Assembly: GCA_040954595.2 (NCBI GenBank)
Contig: CM082587.2
Coordinates: forward strand, 2,013,000 to 2,076,999
Direction of reading: 5' to 3'
Length of the DNA stretch: 64,000 nt
Source: Balanoglossus misakiensis
Taxonomy: Eukaryota; Animalia; Hemichordata
Positions within the stretch are counted from its first letter, which is position 1. Every line of letters starts with the position of its first letter. The position numbers and the translations under genes are program-made. Shown piece by piece: positions 12,200-27,100 of the stretch. Under the pieces are notes generated by a model. That model ran no database searches. It was not told the DNA's origin and was given only the letters and a program-made list of their open reading frames with translations.

Positions 12200-15100
12200 C
12201 TAACCGTCGATCTCTTCAACGTACGTTGATGGGAAATAACCCGTCTGCAATGAAGGAATAGAGAGAAATTAATTGGCACCATCACTTTACAAGCAGTGGG
12301 AGAGATAAGGAGGGATGTACTATCTTATAAGCTTTACCTTGAGTATCCCCTCCACCACACACACACACACTGAACTGAGTCACCACAGTACCTTATCATT
12401 GATCTGTCCTTTCCACCAACCACGATGGCCACCAGCTTTACTGAGAATCTTGACTTTCTCTCCCTCTGTCAGCGTTAACTCCCTGGTATCTCTTGCAGCA
12501 AAGTCGTACAGTGCCATAGCCGTTCCGATGGATTCATAAATCTTTTGACCTGCTGGCAACACAGAAACGATAAGTCTACATTCTAAAAGACATCCCTCTG
12601 ATGACGCGATGACAAGACAAACAAGAACTGATGGCAGAGAATGTTTCGAAGTCATGTACTTGAAGGACTGGCAGAAAATTCTTGAAACATGAGATAGGTG
12701 TGTCCAGGCATCACTGAGTAAGGGCGTCGGACAGGAAAATGTCACAAAATGGCCACCGCTGGCAGTATTCGATTGCACTGCTAAACAAACTGACACACAC
12801 ATGTACCTCACAGTGCATTATCCTCGTAACCAAACAGGAACAATGACTCACCATGATATGTGGGAGCTCTGGTGATAGCGTTCCTGATCGTCTCCTTGAA
12901 TGGATGCTGCAGACATGTATCGACTCCAGGAAAACTGGGCGACAATGAATTGTTTTCGTAATACTCCACAAGTTCCTGTGAATGAAAACATCGATAAACA
13001 TGACCTAATTGCTCCGTAAAGTTGGGGCAGTTGGTCTGGGTTCGAATCCCATGAAATAAAATTGGTTTTGCAGTTTTAATCTGTATCAGCCATCTTGGCT
13101 GCCATTGATGATGAATAGAGGTCCAGCTTTGCCATTGAAAACAAAAGGATTGGACAACGCATGTTGGTGAAAGGATTAATAAACCATGTCTCTGATGAGA
13201 ATGTTGTCCTTACCGGTACGCTTTCACACATCTTGCTGTCGGCTAAGAAGTACTTTTGTTTGTCAGCCGTATCACGGATCTTGATATGCTTGGCCATATT
13301 ATCATGCCTGTGACCAAATGACAAAGGGATTACACAACACAGAAACTGCGCACCCATGGGCTATAATCAGCTGATGATACACAAAACAAAAATATGGGAA
13401 GACTACCCATACACATACTGGCCCATTTCATGGCATCTGTCGTCAAGTTCACATTTACAAACACTCTGATGATCATGATCTACACATCTTTACTCACTTC
13501 AGACTGAGGACAAATCCCTGCGTCTTTACACTTTTTCTGATTAGAAAACTACCATTTGGACATTTGTCCAGCTTCCTTGCTGCCAAATCCCGTTCAATAT
13601 CTCCTGCAAACCTGCAACAATCACACGGCATGTTGTTTGGTCAAATAAAGGGTTTCCACAATTCACGAAATACCATCTCTGTTAATTCTTTTTGACAACT
13701 GGATTTAAAGACTGGGTAACTATTGCAGTCTTTATACACTACTTGTGAGTTACCAATACATACACATGATAAAAGACCTGTCTCACATTTCTGGGTTCTG
13801 ACTAGATGTGTCAAATTCCTTCCTTCCAATTATTGACTTACCATGGGTACTGGTCAAGACTCTGCTGATCAGGCCTTGCTGGACCAGGTGAGGGTAAACC
13901 CCCGGACGACCAAGAATTCCGGTGTGGTGATACGGGCGTGATCGGAGAAATTGGTGATCTCGGTTCCTGCATGATTGACGTTGTCTCGTACGATGTCTGA
14001 AATAAAAATACCCTCATTTTTTATGAAATGCGATATGTACATGAATATCTAAAGATTTTCGCAAAACTATGCAACATTTACACACAGATGATCGGCAGTT
14101 TGCCTTGAACAAAATATTCAGAAAAAAGTTTACGAGTTTGATTTTTATAACACTTACTAAGGGGTTTACCTTCTTTTTCACATATGTCCCAGGAAAGACA
14201 CCGATTGCAGCTGTACGGACATTTTTGCCCTCCCACCAGTGAGCATTGGATCGGTCTCGTACCTCTATATGATCATTGGGGGCAAACATCAAGGGAACCC
14301 GGCCTTCTGGTGGGCCAGGAACACCTGCATAGTTGTGAGTTGCGACAAATATTTTAATGTTGGAGGAAGGCGGTGTGCCAAAAGCATTATGTGGCGAGGG
14401 TCCTGTAGACAAGATAAACAATTTCATTAGTCATGCACGGTTCTTTATTTCTTTTTATGCTAGGGTTTGGATAACAATCAGCCAGCAAGCTAAGTCTTGA
14501 ATAAATATGTCTCCCTGCAACTTACCTAGTCTTGATAAAGCCTGAGCATTGATTCCAGTCAGCACTGCTGGTGATGATACCTGTTGGGAGAGAGACACAG
14601 AAACAGACAGCGGAAGAACATTAAAATCCAAGAAGAGTTGTTACACAGTCAAGAACTGGTAATGGGTCAAAGGTCATGGAATAGCACCGAGGATACACCA
14701 CCAGAATTTTGAAGACAACCCTTTGAACACATGGCCGAATAGGCAGACCATTTCTTGACAGATTTACATGTAGTTAGTTCCTCAGTTGTCTTGTCAATAT
14801 TCAGTTATCAGTGGACAGACATCCATGCAATCAGTGACGGCTAAGCCATGCTGACTGGACTGGGATTTAGCGGAAGTGTAAAGTGTGGTTTACTCATGCT
14901 GGTATAACCACCAGTCAACAGAAAATCCCCTTCAAGACCACATGAAAACACATCTAAATAGAAATTATTATTAGCATTGACCTATAATAAGAAAAAATAA
15001 TGTATCACAAAGAAAATGAGGAACTCAAAAACAAACCAGCCAAGGCCAGATCTAATCAGTGATATTTGTGAATGCAAATAATTCCAATTACAAGAAATTA

Positions 15101-18100
15101 CATGAAAGATATCAAAATAATACCCTGTTTGGATTCCATCGTTGTTTTATCTTTGTTACAGACAACAAATGCAAGTCGGCGTGAACAGGGTTAGAATGTT
15201 AGACAAAAAATCAAACTCGAAACCAGTGATCAAAAGTTTGTTAGTAATCAAAGATGTGGCAAGACAGGCAGCAAGAGAGAGACAAAAGATACCATGCAAA
15301 AGAGCAGGCAATGTCTCTCTTGTTCCTAGAGTGACATTCAACCCTAGGAAGCACAGCCTTTATACTGACAGCATGATATCAACCACAACTTACACTCACT
15401 GACAGGGAACACCAATTTCTATCAAAATATTAACACATAACCTTTAGCACCATTTATCTCAACATCCAATAACACAAGACAACTATGGATGGAATTAAAC
15501 CTCGTATCACATAAACATCACATGCACAACAAAACTGAGTGTTAAAAACGGACACTGATATATTCACCATCAGAAAATGAGCCCAGTGGAAAAATATATA
15601 TTTATAATACAGGCTTGAAGGAAGGATTAACAAATGATTGAGGTTTAATACATGTCAGCGCTGAAGGGTTGTGGGATAGGATGTGACAGGTTATAGGTTA
15701 AGGGTCATTCTAGGGTCACTCACCTCTGGTTCATTAAAATTGGTAAATCTGTTTTGTGGATTTTGAAATGGCTGCAGATACAAGAGTAGCACAAAGAAGC
15801 CATGGCAACAAACAGTTAGCATTTAGAGAACACCACCAGCTCAGACAGAGCAACGAAAAAAAAAATGGATTTATTTGATGTCTGATTAAGACTTGAATAA
15901 TCAGCACCATTATAGTCTCTCTTCACAGGAGTTTCAAAAGCAAAATATTTGATGGGAAGAAATTTGGATATAAAGAGTGTAATTATGATAAATGGGTTAT
16001 GAATGAATGAATAAACATTATAAGTATATCTTGAGGTAACTAATTTGTAATTATTTTAAGTGATGGATCCAGGTTGTTTACTGGAACAAATATGGTATGT
16101 TATTGTTTTTGATATAATATTACATTTATTGGAAGAATGAAACTTTGAAGAAATTCCATGATTATGAGCAGCATTTTAACATTAAATTTTACACAACTGG
16201 CATAACATGTCTTTCATGTATTATAACAATATGGCACCATAAGGTAAGGGACGCCATTTACAATTTAGACATAGTTACAGATTTAAAGAAAGGTATCTTT
16301 TTTAACAAACATGATCTTGCTCTGTCTGGTTTTGTTACATTACTTAAACAAAAAAACGAAAAATATATATTACTTAAAAACAGATAAAGAAATACATGAT
16401 AACTGCAGATGCAACATAAAACATATGATGTTACGTGTGTGTTGCTACACGTGGCATCAGTGGTTAAAATGAAACCCATGCACTTGGTGACGGATGACAA
16501 TGCAGGTGTGTGCTGGGAACAAGGTAACACAAGCCATGCTTTGGGGGTCATAGGTCATTTGAATGTTACAAAGTCAAGTCATAGCCATTTTTAAATCTCC
16601 CAACCCAGCAGCCATTGTTCAGTTTCAAGCGGAGGCATTAGAACTCGCTTTCAGAGCAAAGCAATGGGTGTTTGCATCTTCTATTTTCTTTATAGCCTTG
16701 GTAAGTAAGGAAAAATGCGCTTGCACATACAAAACACGATGCGAAGAACATCAAGGCTTTTGTAAACATGCTGTCATGAATAGCATTGATATCTTGTGAT
16801 GAACCACAATGAAGAAATGTAGATGTGGAAATGAAATATTACCTTTCTGGGTGGCGGTGGAGGCGGGGCTGTTGAGAGAAAGAGTAACAGACGACGTTAG
16901 CATCATGTTTGGATCAACATTATAAAATTCAGACAATAAACAGGTGCCACACTCGTTTAATCAGACTCCCATTGCAAAAGTACACAAGTATCTGCAGTTA
17001 CACACAGGGTATTAGAATCTCCACACTAAAAGTGGTGCCGTCTGTCGACTGAAGATGAGAAGTCTGGAGTAGGTGGCAGCTATTGGGATTTTAAATGAGA
17101 GTGAAAGAGCCAAATGAAATAACTTACGTCCTCCAGCAATGGGTTTACACATTCTGGAATTCAGCAGACACTGTTTGTGGGCACAGATCCCACATTTTGA
17201 ACACTTGTAACCTTGATAAAACATACCACTGTGGGAGAAAGGAAAAAAATCTTATTTATATAAAATCACATTGGTGATAAAGTAAAATATGTCAAATAAT
17301 AATAATAACCAACAGACCAACTGATGACAAGATAAGCAAGGGCACAGAAATCCCCAACCCTAAAACTCACCACAGCAATTTAGAACACACAGCACAGGAG
17401 TTTGGTTTCTCAAATGTTGTGTATTCATACTTGTGTGTTGTTTTGTGACTTGGATCAATGTTGTCCCTGAAAAGGAAAATGGGTAAGACATTAGCAACAT
17501 TAATCATTTAAAATGGCAGACAGGGACAGACAGACGGAGTAGGGATGAAGACTCACCTTGCCATGTTGATATTTTCAATCCATTTTCTCTTCTGTTCCTC
17601 AGTTTTCACATAGCATGTTATAGCACTACCCGAGGTGATCTCTTTGGGAGTGTAATTCCAACAATGCCTCCACTGCAAAAGTAACAGCAACCAACATAAT
17701 ATTACAAAACGGAAAGCGGCCATTTTTTTCACAGGTGCATTCTAATGATGCAAGTACATTTCATGCAACAAACCTTCACTCACAATTACACATAATACTT
17801 ACCCTTCCAGCTTTACCAGGTGGCAAACTATCCTCAATATTAAATTTATTCAGTTCTATCTTATCTTTGTACACGTAACAATCAGGACCCTGGAAGAAAG
17901 GAAACCATGGTAACATTTCTTTTCACATACAGTTTAGGCGGCCATTTTGCCTTGCTGCGTTTCTGACTCTCAGATCCCTGGGCAATACAGATGGGTACAT
18001 GCAGTTTGCCGGTAAAATTGTATAAAATAATCAAAATGAAGTTTTTTTCTGCTTGTTTCGGTCCAGGGATCATTATTCTGATTGTTGTTAATGTAAGAAA

Positions 18101-21100
18101 CAACAGCTCACAAAATTATCACCCAAACTTCCACTGGCAATGTTCTTCAATGTTAGAGCCATGCCGAAAGTGTGAAGTTTTATGCCGTTGTGACCTATGA
18201 CCTTTCTACCTTGACCTTACGACCTTGCATAATGGCAGTTACCAATGGCTTGGTCTCTAACTCAGAGTTCATTACTCTCATGTTATTTTATGCAATGCAC
18301 AGTGCAGTCCTACAAACTACTGTTGATTAGAATTCTAGTTGAAACCCCAAATCATCACCTCAAACTGTGACCCTAAAAACTACTGAACTTAACCCATAAT
18401 ATGGAGGAATGATGGAAAAACACCCACATCTAATGCAATCTTTCATTTCAAAATAATGCTCCCTTTGTTATAAATCTGATTTTGTCAATGTTATTTCGCC
18501 AAAAGTACAACAACATCAATCATAAACTATCAACAGAGCTGACAAAAAGAACAATAACAACACAACAATTTTATGAAGTGTATGGGTGAATGACTGGTTG
18601 TATTAACCTGCAGACACAATTATCACTCTCCAATACTACACAATGTCATATAAAATACAAAAAAGCAACTTTCTCCACTCGAAATTTACCCAAGAGTTCA
18701 AACATTGCTTTATTTTATGCTCTGATGGGCAAACACCATTGTGGTTATCTTGATTAAAAATATTCAACTTCCCAATTTTACTCCTAATCCATTTGGAACA
18801 TGATTACCATAATCATCATTGCATTGTCCAATCAAATATATTTAAAAATCCAATCCCTGAACTAGCAATCTCAAAGATTTTCATGTCCAGGTTATAATGC
18901 AGAGAAAGTTGCATTTTTTTTTTAAAGACGTCTTCCACATTTGTAAGGGGAAGGCAGGAGATATCAGGGCATGCAGACTAGAGTACGGTACCAACTACAT
19001 ACCCATAACTTGTCCAATGTCTAGAATGAAGAGGAGAAAATGAGATGGGACAGAAGAGGGAAAAACAGATGAAGCAAGGTAAAATATAGCAAATAATGAA
19101 ACTGGAAGAAAAAAGCACATTGGCTAAAACTGCATGCTGTTTTGTGCCAGGTTCTGTAAGACTCTCATGTCATTGCAAACCTTATGCGCCAGGCAAACAT
19201 AAATTCTTCCTCCCGTTTCTTTGCCAGAAAATTTAAATTTAAGTGAAGAGTTGTTTTTCGTAAAGCAATGGTGATCTTGCAATTGTGATCAAAATGTTGT
19301 GCAAAATACGTAGTTCTCCCAAGATCTTAAGATTTTCTGTTTTTTGTCCGTACACTCATTTAGCAACACACCTGAAGTGTTACATGCGCTGTGAGCATGA
19401 TTGCAAGGTAGTGTACACATGATCAGGAACCAGGGTATGCATGATCAGTGAGTGATGTGGTTTTGATCTGCACATGGTATCAAATTTGTGTGTGATTACA
19501 TAGCCCTGACAAACCAAATTTGCATGTAATAATTTGCATCCAATCACAGTTCAGTATCTCAAACACACTGACCAATACTGTGTGGAACTGAATGCCCCAG
19601 GTGGACAATTCTAAGAAATCAATAATAACACAGGTGTGCAAAACAAAAGCTTGTATGCAGGACAATAATCAAATCTTATGATGGTATCTTAAAGTATGCA
19701 GGTCATTTCTATTTTGTTAATTAATTTGCAGAACCTTCTACCATGGCACAACTTGGTCATCTCACATTCCTTCTCAAAGACTTTCTTTTACATTGCCATC
19801 ACAAAGCAGCATGGAATAATTGCAGAAATAGATGGAGTAAGTGAACCAAGGAATGAATGTATTGAATCTGAGAGAACAAATCTCGTCTAGAGACTGGGCA
19901 TTCTGTCCACAGAACAACAGGCAAATCATGTTTCCCAGAAGTATTGCAGATACATACATAATCGTTATACTACAGAAGATGACTAGACTTACCCTTGTCT
20001 TGCAAATCAGCATTGCTTTGTCAAACAGGAAGACATATCTGAAATGATCAAAACCATGTTCCATCATCACTATATCTATTCACAATAAGGGGTCTGTGAT
20101 ATGTATGACATATAGCTGACAATTTCTGACGATGTGAGAGCTATTAAACTGAGTTTTACCTGGTTTTCATATCGGTTGTCTTATCATGTGACTTCAGCTT
20201 CATCTCACCATCTTTCAGTAACCTGCCATAAAATCTGAGGTCACATCCGATGTACTCTGTTACTCTGTAACGAGAAACTCTTTGTCATTTTCACCACAGA
20301 AATGGGTAAAGGAAATGTCAAACCCTGTCAATTCCTGGCCAGCGCAACTTGGTTAAACTTAAAGACAGCTTATTTCCAAAGAATTTAACAAGTCAATACT
20401 TACGTTTGTTGGATTTCTGTGATTGTCTGCAAAGACTCACTGTCCCTCTTCACTTCATTGACATACATTGAAATATCCTGTCAAGTAAGCCAAAGGTCAA
20501 AGAGGTCATAGGTCAAAAATATTTTGCTTAACTTTGAAATTCACAGAACAAGACCAACTGGACAGGTGTCAAACTATTTTGGGTCGGTTTACCTACCTGC
20601 ATATTTGCTAAGGCGTCTTGGAGCCCTTTCTTGTCAAAATGTTCCTTGTCTGTGTGTCTCTCTAATTCCTGAACATAAAATACAAGCAACATATGAGATA
20701 CTCCCGAATCCCCTTTTGGTTCAAAAACAAAGAGACAGTGGCATCAGTAACAGATACAGGGAAATCGGATGTGAATCTATAGATCCAAAAAACTCAAACT
20801 TGTAAAATACATGATGAGTGATAACTTACCCTAAGAAGAAGATGATACTTCAATATCCTTTGCATAGGTACGCTGAGTAAATCACGCAAGCGGAATTTTC
20901 CCTCATTTGCAACTAGTTGACATTCCTGGCAAAATAGGGACAGGTGTCATGAGAGATGCAGTGTGATCTGGAGGCAGTACTTTTTGCAATCATGGAGAGA
21001 AATTACAACAGAATATAGTGTCTGACTGCTGATGTCATCCTGAGAAGGCTGTTTATTGGCCAAGATATGCAGCTATCGTTATGCAAAGTGAAGCTTACAT

Positions 21101-24100
21101 TACACACTAACATACACTCACACATGCACAGACACAGACATACAAACATTTAAGCAATGTAAACGTACACCAACATGATTACAACCAAACAAGGAAGTGA
21201 AAGCCTCTAAAAACTACTCACATCAATTTTTGCAGCAATATCAGGGTTCTTGGAAATCTCATCGATGTGATCCTGAGCAGAGCTCAATCTGGCACAATAA
21301 TCACCATAGATTAAGAGATCCTCTTTTATATCTTGGAAAACCTTGCTCAACTTCTGTACTTTGCTGTTTTTTCTGGTCTCTTCTCTCAGCTTGCTCTCAA
21401 ATTTTGTGTGGATTTCAAGTAGTCGCTGTGCAAACAGAGAAAAGGGGGATTCATTTGGTTTGGTATTTCAACCTTTCTTACACTTGGCATTAGAATTGGT
21501 TGGTGAAAAATCTCCATCATGAATTAATATTCAAAATCACAACATGCTGACCTATAAAGCCAATATCACTGTCTGTGGTCAAACTCACCTCAATATTGAT
21601 GAAAATAATGTCCATGTCTTGAGGACTCACAAGAGGTTTGAGTGGTTTCATGAAATTCTAGAAAAAAAGGGGGAATAAACACTGGAGATAAGACAACATA
21701 TCACAGTAAAAGTGGAAAAGGTTCAAAAACTGAGCAAATTTGTCCCTTTCACTCCTTGAACTCATCCGTGATTACCATGAAAAGAAATAATATTGAATGG
21801 AAATTTTTTCCACTTTACCGTTGATATCATCCACAGAGCTTTCACGAAGTTTGTTTCCGTTTCCACAATTTCATTGATGCAGTAACCTCTTCTCTGTTCC
21901 CCGGGGGATAGTTTCTGGAATGAAAATTCATCGTTAATGACCAAGTCATCACTGGTAACAGATCTCTGCACATGTACACAGACTCAGCTCACTCTGAACA
22001 AAGATGGCGGCCATATTGGGAACAAAGATGGCGGCCATATTGGATCACATTTGTGCAGGAAAGCTTGTTCAGGCATGATTACCAACAACTGTGGTTTCAG
22101 CATATATCTGAGTAATGACTCATGATCAATGGGATAGATGCAACCAAATCTATAGTCCCAAGACTTTTATTCACGGAGACTTAAAGCGATGATGTTAAAA
22201 AGAAACATTGTAAGCAGGTACAACAAAGAACGATAACCGCACAGCACATGCTCAAACACAGTTCAGTTACAACACAAGGAATTTCAGCAAGCATAGCTGG
22301 ATATCAAAGGCAGATATTTCTGTCAGCAATTAAGGAAGAAGTTAAATGCACAAGACATGTAAACTGCACATTCAAGAGTACCTCAAGATCCTAAGGATAT
22401 ACCACACCCGGCAACCCACGTATGCAAATGAGGAAGATGGTAAGTAAATGAAGCATTAGTGCAATGTCAGAGTGGACGTAGGAAATATGTGATTTAATGA
22501 GTGCTTGCGTGAATTCTGCCCCTTTGAATTCTGCCCCCCCCCCCCATACAGTTATGGGTTAGTCTTGATTCCACAAGTCAAATGATGGGGCTGGACTATA
22601 CTATAATACTACAAGGGATAACATGATCAGCAACTGCCCCTCCCTTCCAGTGTGATGGTACAGAGATAAACTAGTGATAGAATCACAGATAAAATGGAAA
22701 GGCGGACGAGGACAGAGATGGAGGATCTTACCTGCGGTTGGAGTTGGGAAACTTGCTGTTTAATATCACACAACTCTCCATAGATATCGTCATCTTCAAT
22801 ATCATTGTAGACCGTGTCGTACAAGTCATCTGGATCCTCGTCAGCTAAGTCACGCTCACTGGGATGAAATGGACATAGAGACGATGAAATGACCATGAGG
22901 GGAATGTGTGTACATGGATTGATGTTGTTTTCTCTGTGCGACCTCTCACCTCGTGTACTGATGGCAGTTTCTGTTTAATCTCACACAGGTTCATATACAC
23001 ATGATCCTCGTCTTCTTCCTGATCGCCTTCAGTGTAGTCATAAAGTTCATTGTACGACTCATCTTCAATGTCTATTTCACTACAGAAACAGGGTAGAAAT
23101 ACACCTCCAGGAATGTGAGCTAGAGTTTCAGAATGCCAAGGCTACCAACCCTGCCTGTGCAAACTCTGGCAACACTAAGATGCTGTAATTTGATATGTTT
23201 TGAATGGACTTTGGATAGCTGAATTGTACAAGCAAGCATCCAGTTTGTAAATTTCAGGAATTTTAGATCAGTTACTTTGTATTAACTCCACACACGAGTC
23301 ATTCATTGTCAAGGTTGCCAGCTGATTCCGAATGGAAAAGTGAAGGGACTCAAAATAACGTTCAACCTAACTACAATATACAGATAAGAGGAAGCCAGTT
23401 AGCATATTCAAAGGCTCAACTGCAGATCAAATCATAATTCAAAACAAACAACGGGATCCCTGCATATCTCGGTTCTCTACCATGACTTCCTCCAGTAACT
23501 AGACTTACTGAAAAAACACTGCTGTTTTATGGTAATATTGAGAACACATAATGAGTTCTTTTTAGACTTCCTCACACAAACTAAATTCTTAAGGATTTTC
23601 GGGATTTTCTCATCCTATATAATTTTTCTACTTTTCAATACCAGCATGTACATGTACTTCCAACAGGCAGTTAAAATCATGGTCAGATAATGCTACAAAC
23701 AGCCTTCAGATTTTAGTTGTGATATTATTTGATTCAGATTTGCAATTTGTGATAATATCCGATAATATCCATGGAATTATGAAGGATATCATGATACATG
23801 GTGATCTCATACGAACTAACCCTTTGTTATCACATCAAGTTATCACAATACCATACTGTACACTTAGAGCAGGAGGTATGTTCGATACAATTTCCATGCA
23901 AATAACAACTGCACAAAGGTTAGACCCAGGTCTGCAGAACTGCGACCTTTTACACCCAGGGCTTCCTGGCTAGACTAAAATCCTATCTGGTCTTATCACT
24001 GATTAACGCGTGTCCTTGTCATGTACCTGGGATACAATTCCATACTTAGTTTCATGTCCCTGTGTGTTCGCGTTTCCTTGACTTCCCTTTCCTTTTTCCT

Positions 24101-27100
24101 CCAACTGAGTTCATCAAACGAATTCAACACAAATATACTGCCACATCTTTTTCCATCAGGTTGAAAAATACACATAACTGTAATTCCCTCGTTTCAGCCC
24201 ATGAGTCTGATCATAATTTTTTGAAAAATGTGGGGTGGACTCTGAAGACCTTTCCTGTTAAGTTTGAAAACTGTCATAGCTGATCTGTTGAAGTGGACAG
24301 GCCCAAAATAGACTGGAGATCATTAGATTATGACCAGAAATAGGACATACCAGCGCATCTAAGTGTGGGTTGACAGTGCCTTACTATTTTCAACACACTC
24401 ACATATTGTCTTTCAAAGGGTGTTTGTGTCATGCACATACTTACTCAGCCAACTCTTCCAAAGACTTGTAAATATCATCATCTACCGCTCGATGGTGATA
24501 GTGATTGGCAGGCGGAAATGGTCTGTTGGAAACAAGAGGCCAGTAGTTTATAAACAGAGATAAGGAAAACTGGACACGATTGCACTTACTCTTCTAGCAC
24601 CTTACCCGCAAATCTATCAGCATTTGCCTTGCCCTATACTGACCAGAATACTGATGACAAAACTGTCAAAAAAATATCTAGATAACAATCTTTTGTTGGT
24701 GCAAATATTAGCAATGATCATACTCACGCTGCTCTTGATCTGGCATGTGGTGTGTGAGAAAGTTTAGACAATGCTGCTATCACCTGAAATGTGAAAAATA
24801 GTAAAACAAGATTTTAAAAAGGTAAATTCATGCAAAATTATTGCCATTACAGTTGATGGTCCCTTTGGAAGAACAACGTCGACTGATCTTATTTGCATAA
24901 AGGGGAACACCAGATTCAATATTTCTCTTTCAGGCTTTGTTATCCAGGAGATTTTATGGTCAATCACAATCACAAGAATTCATGGCAAGCTTCTTGACCC
25001 CGTAAACTTTACAGCAGCCAGGGTCTCAAAGACTGCAATAGAGGGGCTGTGGTTCATAAGGTCACAGAGTCAAGTCCCAAACCCCTGATTCAAATCAAAC
25101 GCCTTTTATGAAATCCCTCAAGTAGCAGTCACAGCAGTAAAGTTTTTAACAGCTTCTTGTTTGCAGTTACCCAGGAAATAACCTTCCCTAGCTACCCTAG
25201 GCCTAGCATAGAATGGATATTCATGAAAAAAAACTTGATTGTGCATAATAATGCAATCACACTTCTGCATGGACTCACCAGGCCCCTGTTTCTGAAAACT
25301 AGTGACGGTCAGCGTATTTGAACCCCCAGTTCCCTCTATAAAGGTCCAAACTTACCACAGAAAACAATGGGTTTTAGCACAAGCATGACAAATATTAATG
25401 GCCATCTTGCTTACCTTTCCAAAGTCAGACACATCAAAGAGTTGGTAGGGGTCGAACAGTTCCTGTCTTCGCAAACCAAATTTATCAATGCAGGTTTGGA
25501 TGAATGTACGGATGTTCTTCAGACATAAAAACTGAAACAAGAGAAAGACCAAAAGTTATTTTCCAGATGTACAATTTCAATTATGTTGGGCAACGTCCTG
25601 AACGTGTACTTGTGAGTGAAACTGTTGATAGATTGTTCGAAATGAAAAGTTCCTTTATAAATGAATAATTTGACACACATTGCTATATGCAAATATTCCA
25701 TTCTCATAAACAGACCAGTGTGAGTTGCCTCAAGGCAAAACAGTGCTGGAAAATAGCCAGCCAAGATTATGAATAACAGTCACTCTGGCCGGTGGGTGGT
25801 TGAAAAACACACTGATTCTGTTGAGTGCCTTGTGTGTGTTATGATGACTTAATGGTCTAATGACTATACTGCATTACCATCACTGGATTTTCAAGGTTCT
25901 GGTTTATGGGATATACACATTACTTTGAAATTGGCCAATTTATATGTTATGGAGTTTTCAGTTACAACTGAGCTACCCTAATAAATATTCATCTTGGGTG
26001 GCTGTGGACTATGGTAATTGGTATGAAGGTCATCCGCCAATATGTACATTAATATTAATAACGCTAGCGTTTCTAGTGTTCGCAAGAATGTCATATCTGC
26101 AATCCCATGTCATATATAGATTTCCAAAAAATGAAGGCAGAGCTATGCTATTTTGAAATATTCTTATCTCCAAAATTGTTCCATTTCTTAGCAACCTTTA
26201 AATATTATGGAAAATAAGAATTTTCCTTCCTTGTCATGATTTGTTTGTCAGCTCCATGCCCGTGTATTGACTGGTTAGGATACGCAAATCACGATACTTC
26301 ATACTTATCAATGAAGTCGTGAAAAATCCCCCATTGTCTCCATATAAACATGTCACTGTATTGTCTTGAAACATATTGTAAATCATGTGTTTGACCTCTC
26401 CAACGCTGGATGATAATACAGGACTGATAAAGTGACCTACATATCATGTCTATATCATTAAACTTCCTGGTCCATTCTGGTGAAAACTTGCCCATACATC
26501 CTCTTATGTCGCGATACGGAAAAATGTTTTCTTTTTTGACTGGAAAAATACAATTTCGTAAAGGCCTTTTTCTCAACCTGCCAAGTTAATGGAACTCAGG
26601 GTGACTGGAAGCTGGTATCCAGGGGTCATTCTCCTGCTAGGACAGTGTAACTCAATAAATGTCTATTCAGCGGTCCAGAAACACACACTGCGTAATAGGT
26701 GAGGCTTTTGTAGGGGTGCTTAAACTGCAAAGCTGATGCACAGTTACATGCTTAGCTGGTGATGAGAATTTATAAGAATCGGCAGGCTGTTTATGCAGTA
26801 AATACATTTAACATCAACAAATGATATGCATGAATTGGCAGAAGTGTTGAACCAGATTTACAGATCAGTGTCAACAAAGTTTCGGGAAGTTGCACCGTAC
26901 AAGATACTCCTAACTGGCCCATTTTGTGGTTTGGTCAGTTGCAAACACTCAATGTGTTACCGGTATTATTGTTGTAATAAAACCAAAAAGAAAGAAAGTG
27001 TTTGGTTGAGTGAACTGCATGTGCTGGGTTTATTTTCACCCTCAGGTCACATATTTCATGCAGGCTGTTTACACTACAACAGAATCACACAGCGGTAGCA

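Noticed and set aside
21997-22043. Tandem duplicate of aacaaagatggcggccatattgg (YY1-like core) in a Vav intron
   Set aside because: A simple two-copy local duplication with no further support for function.
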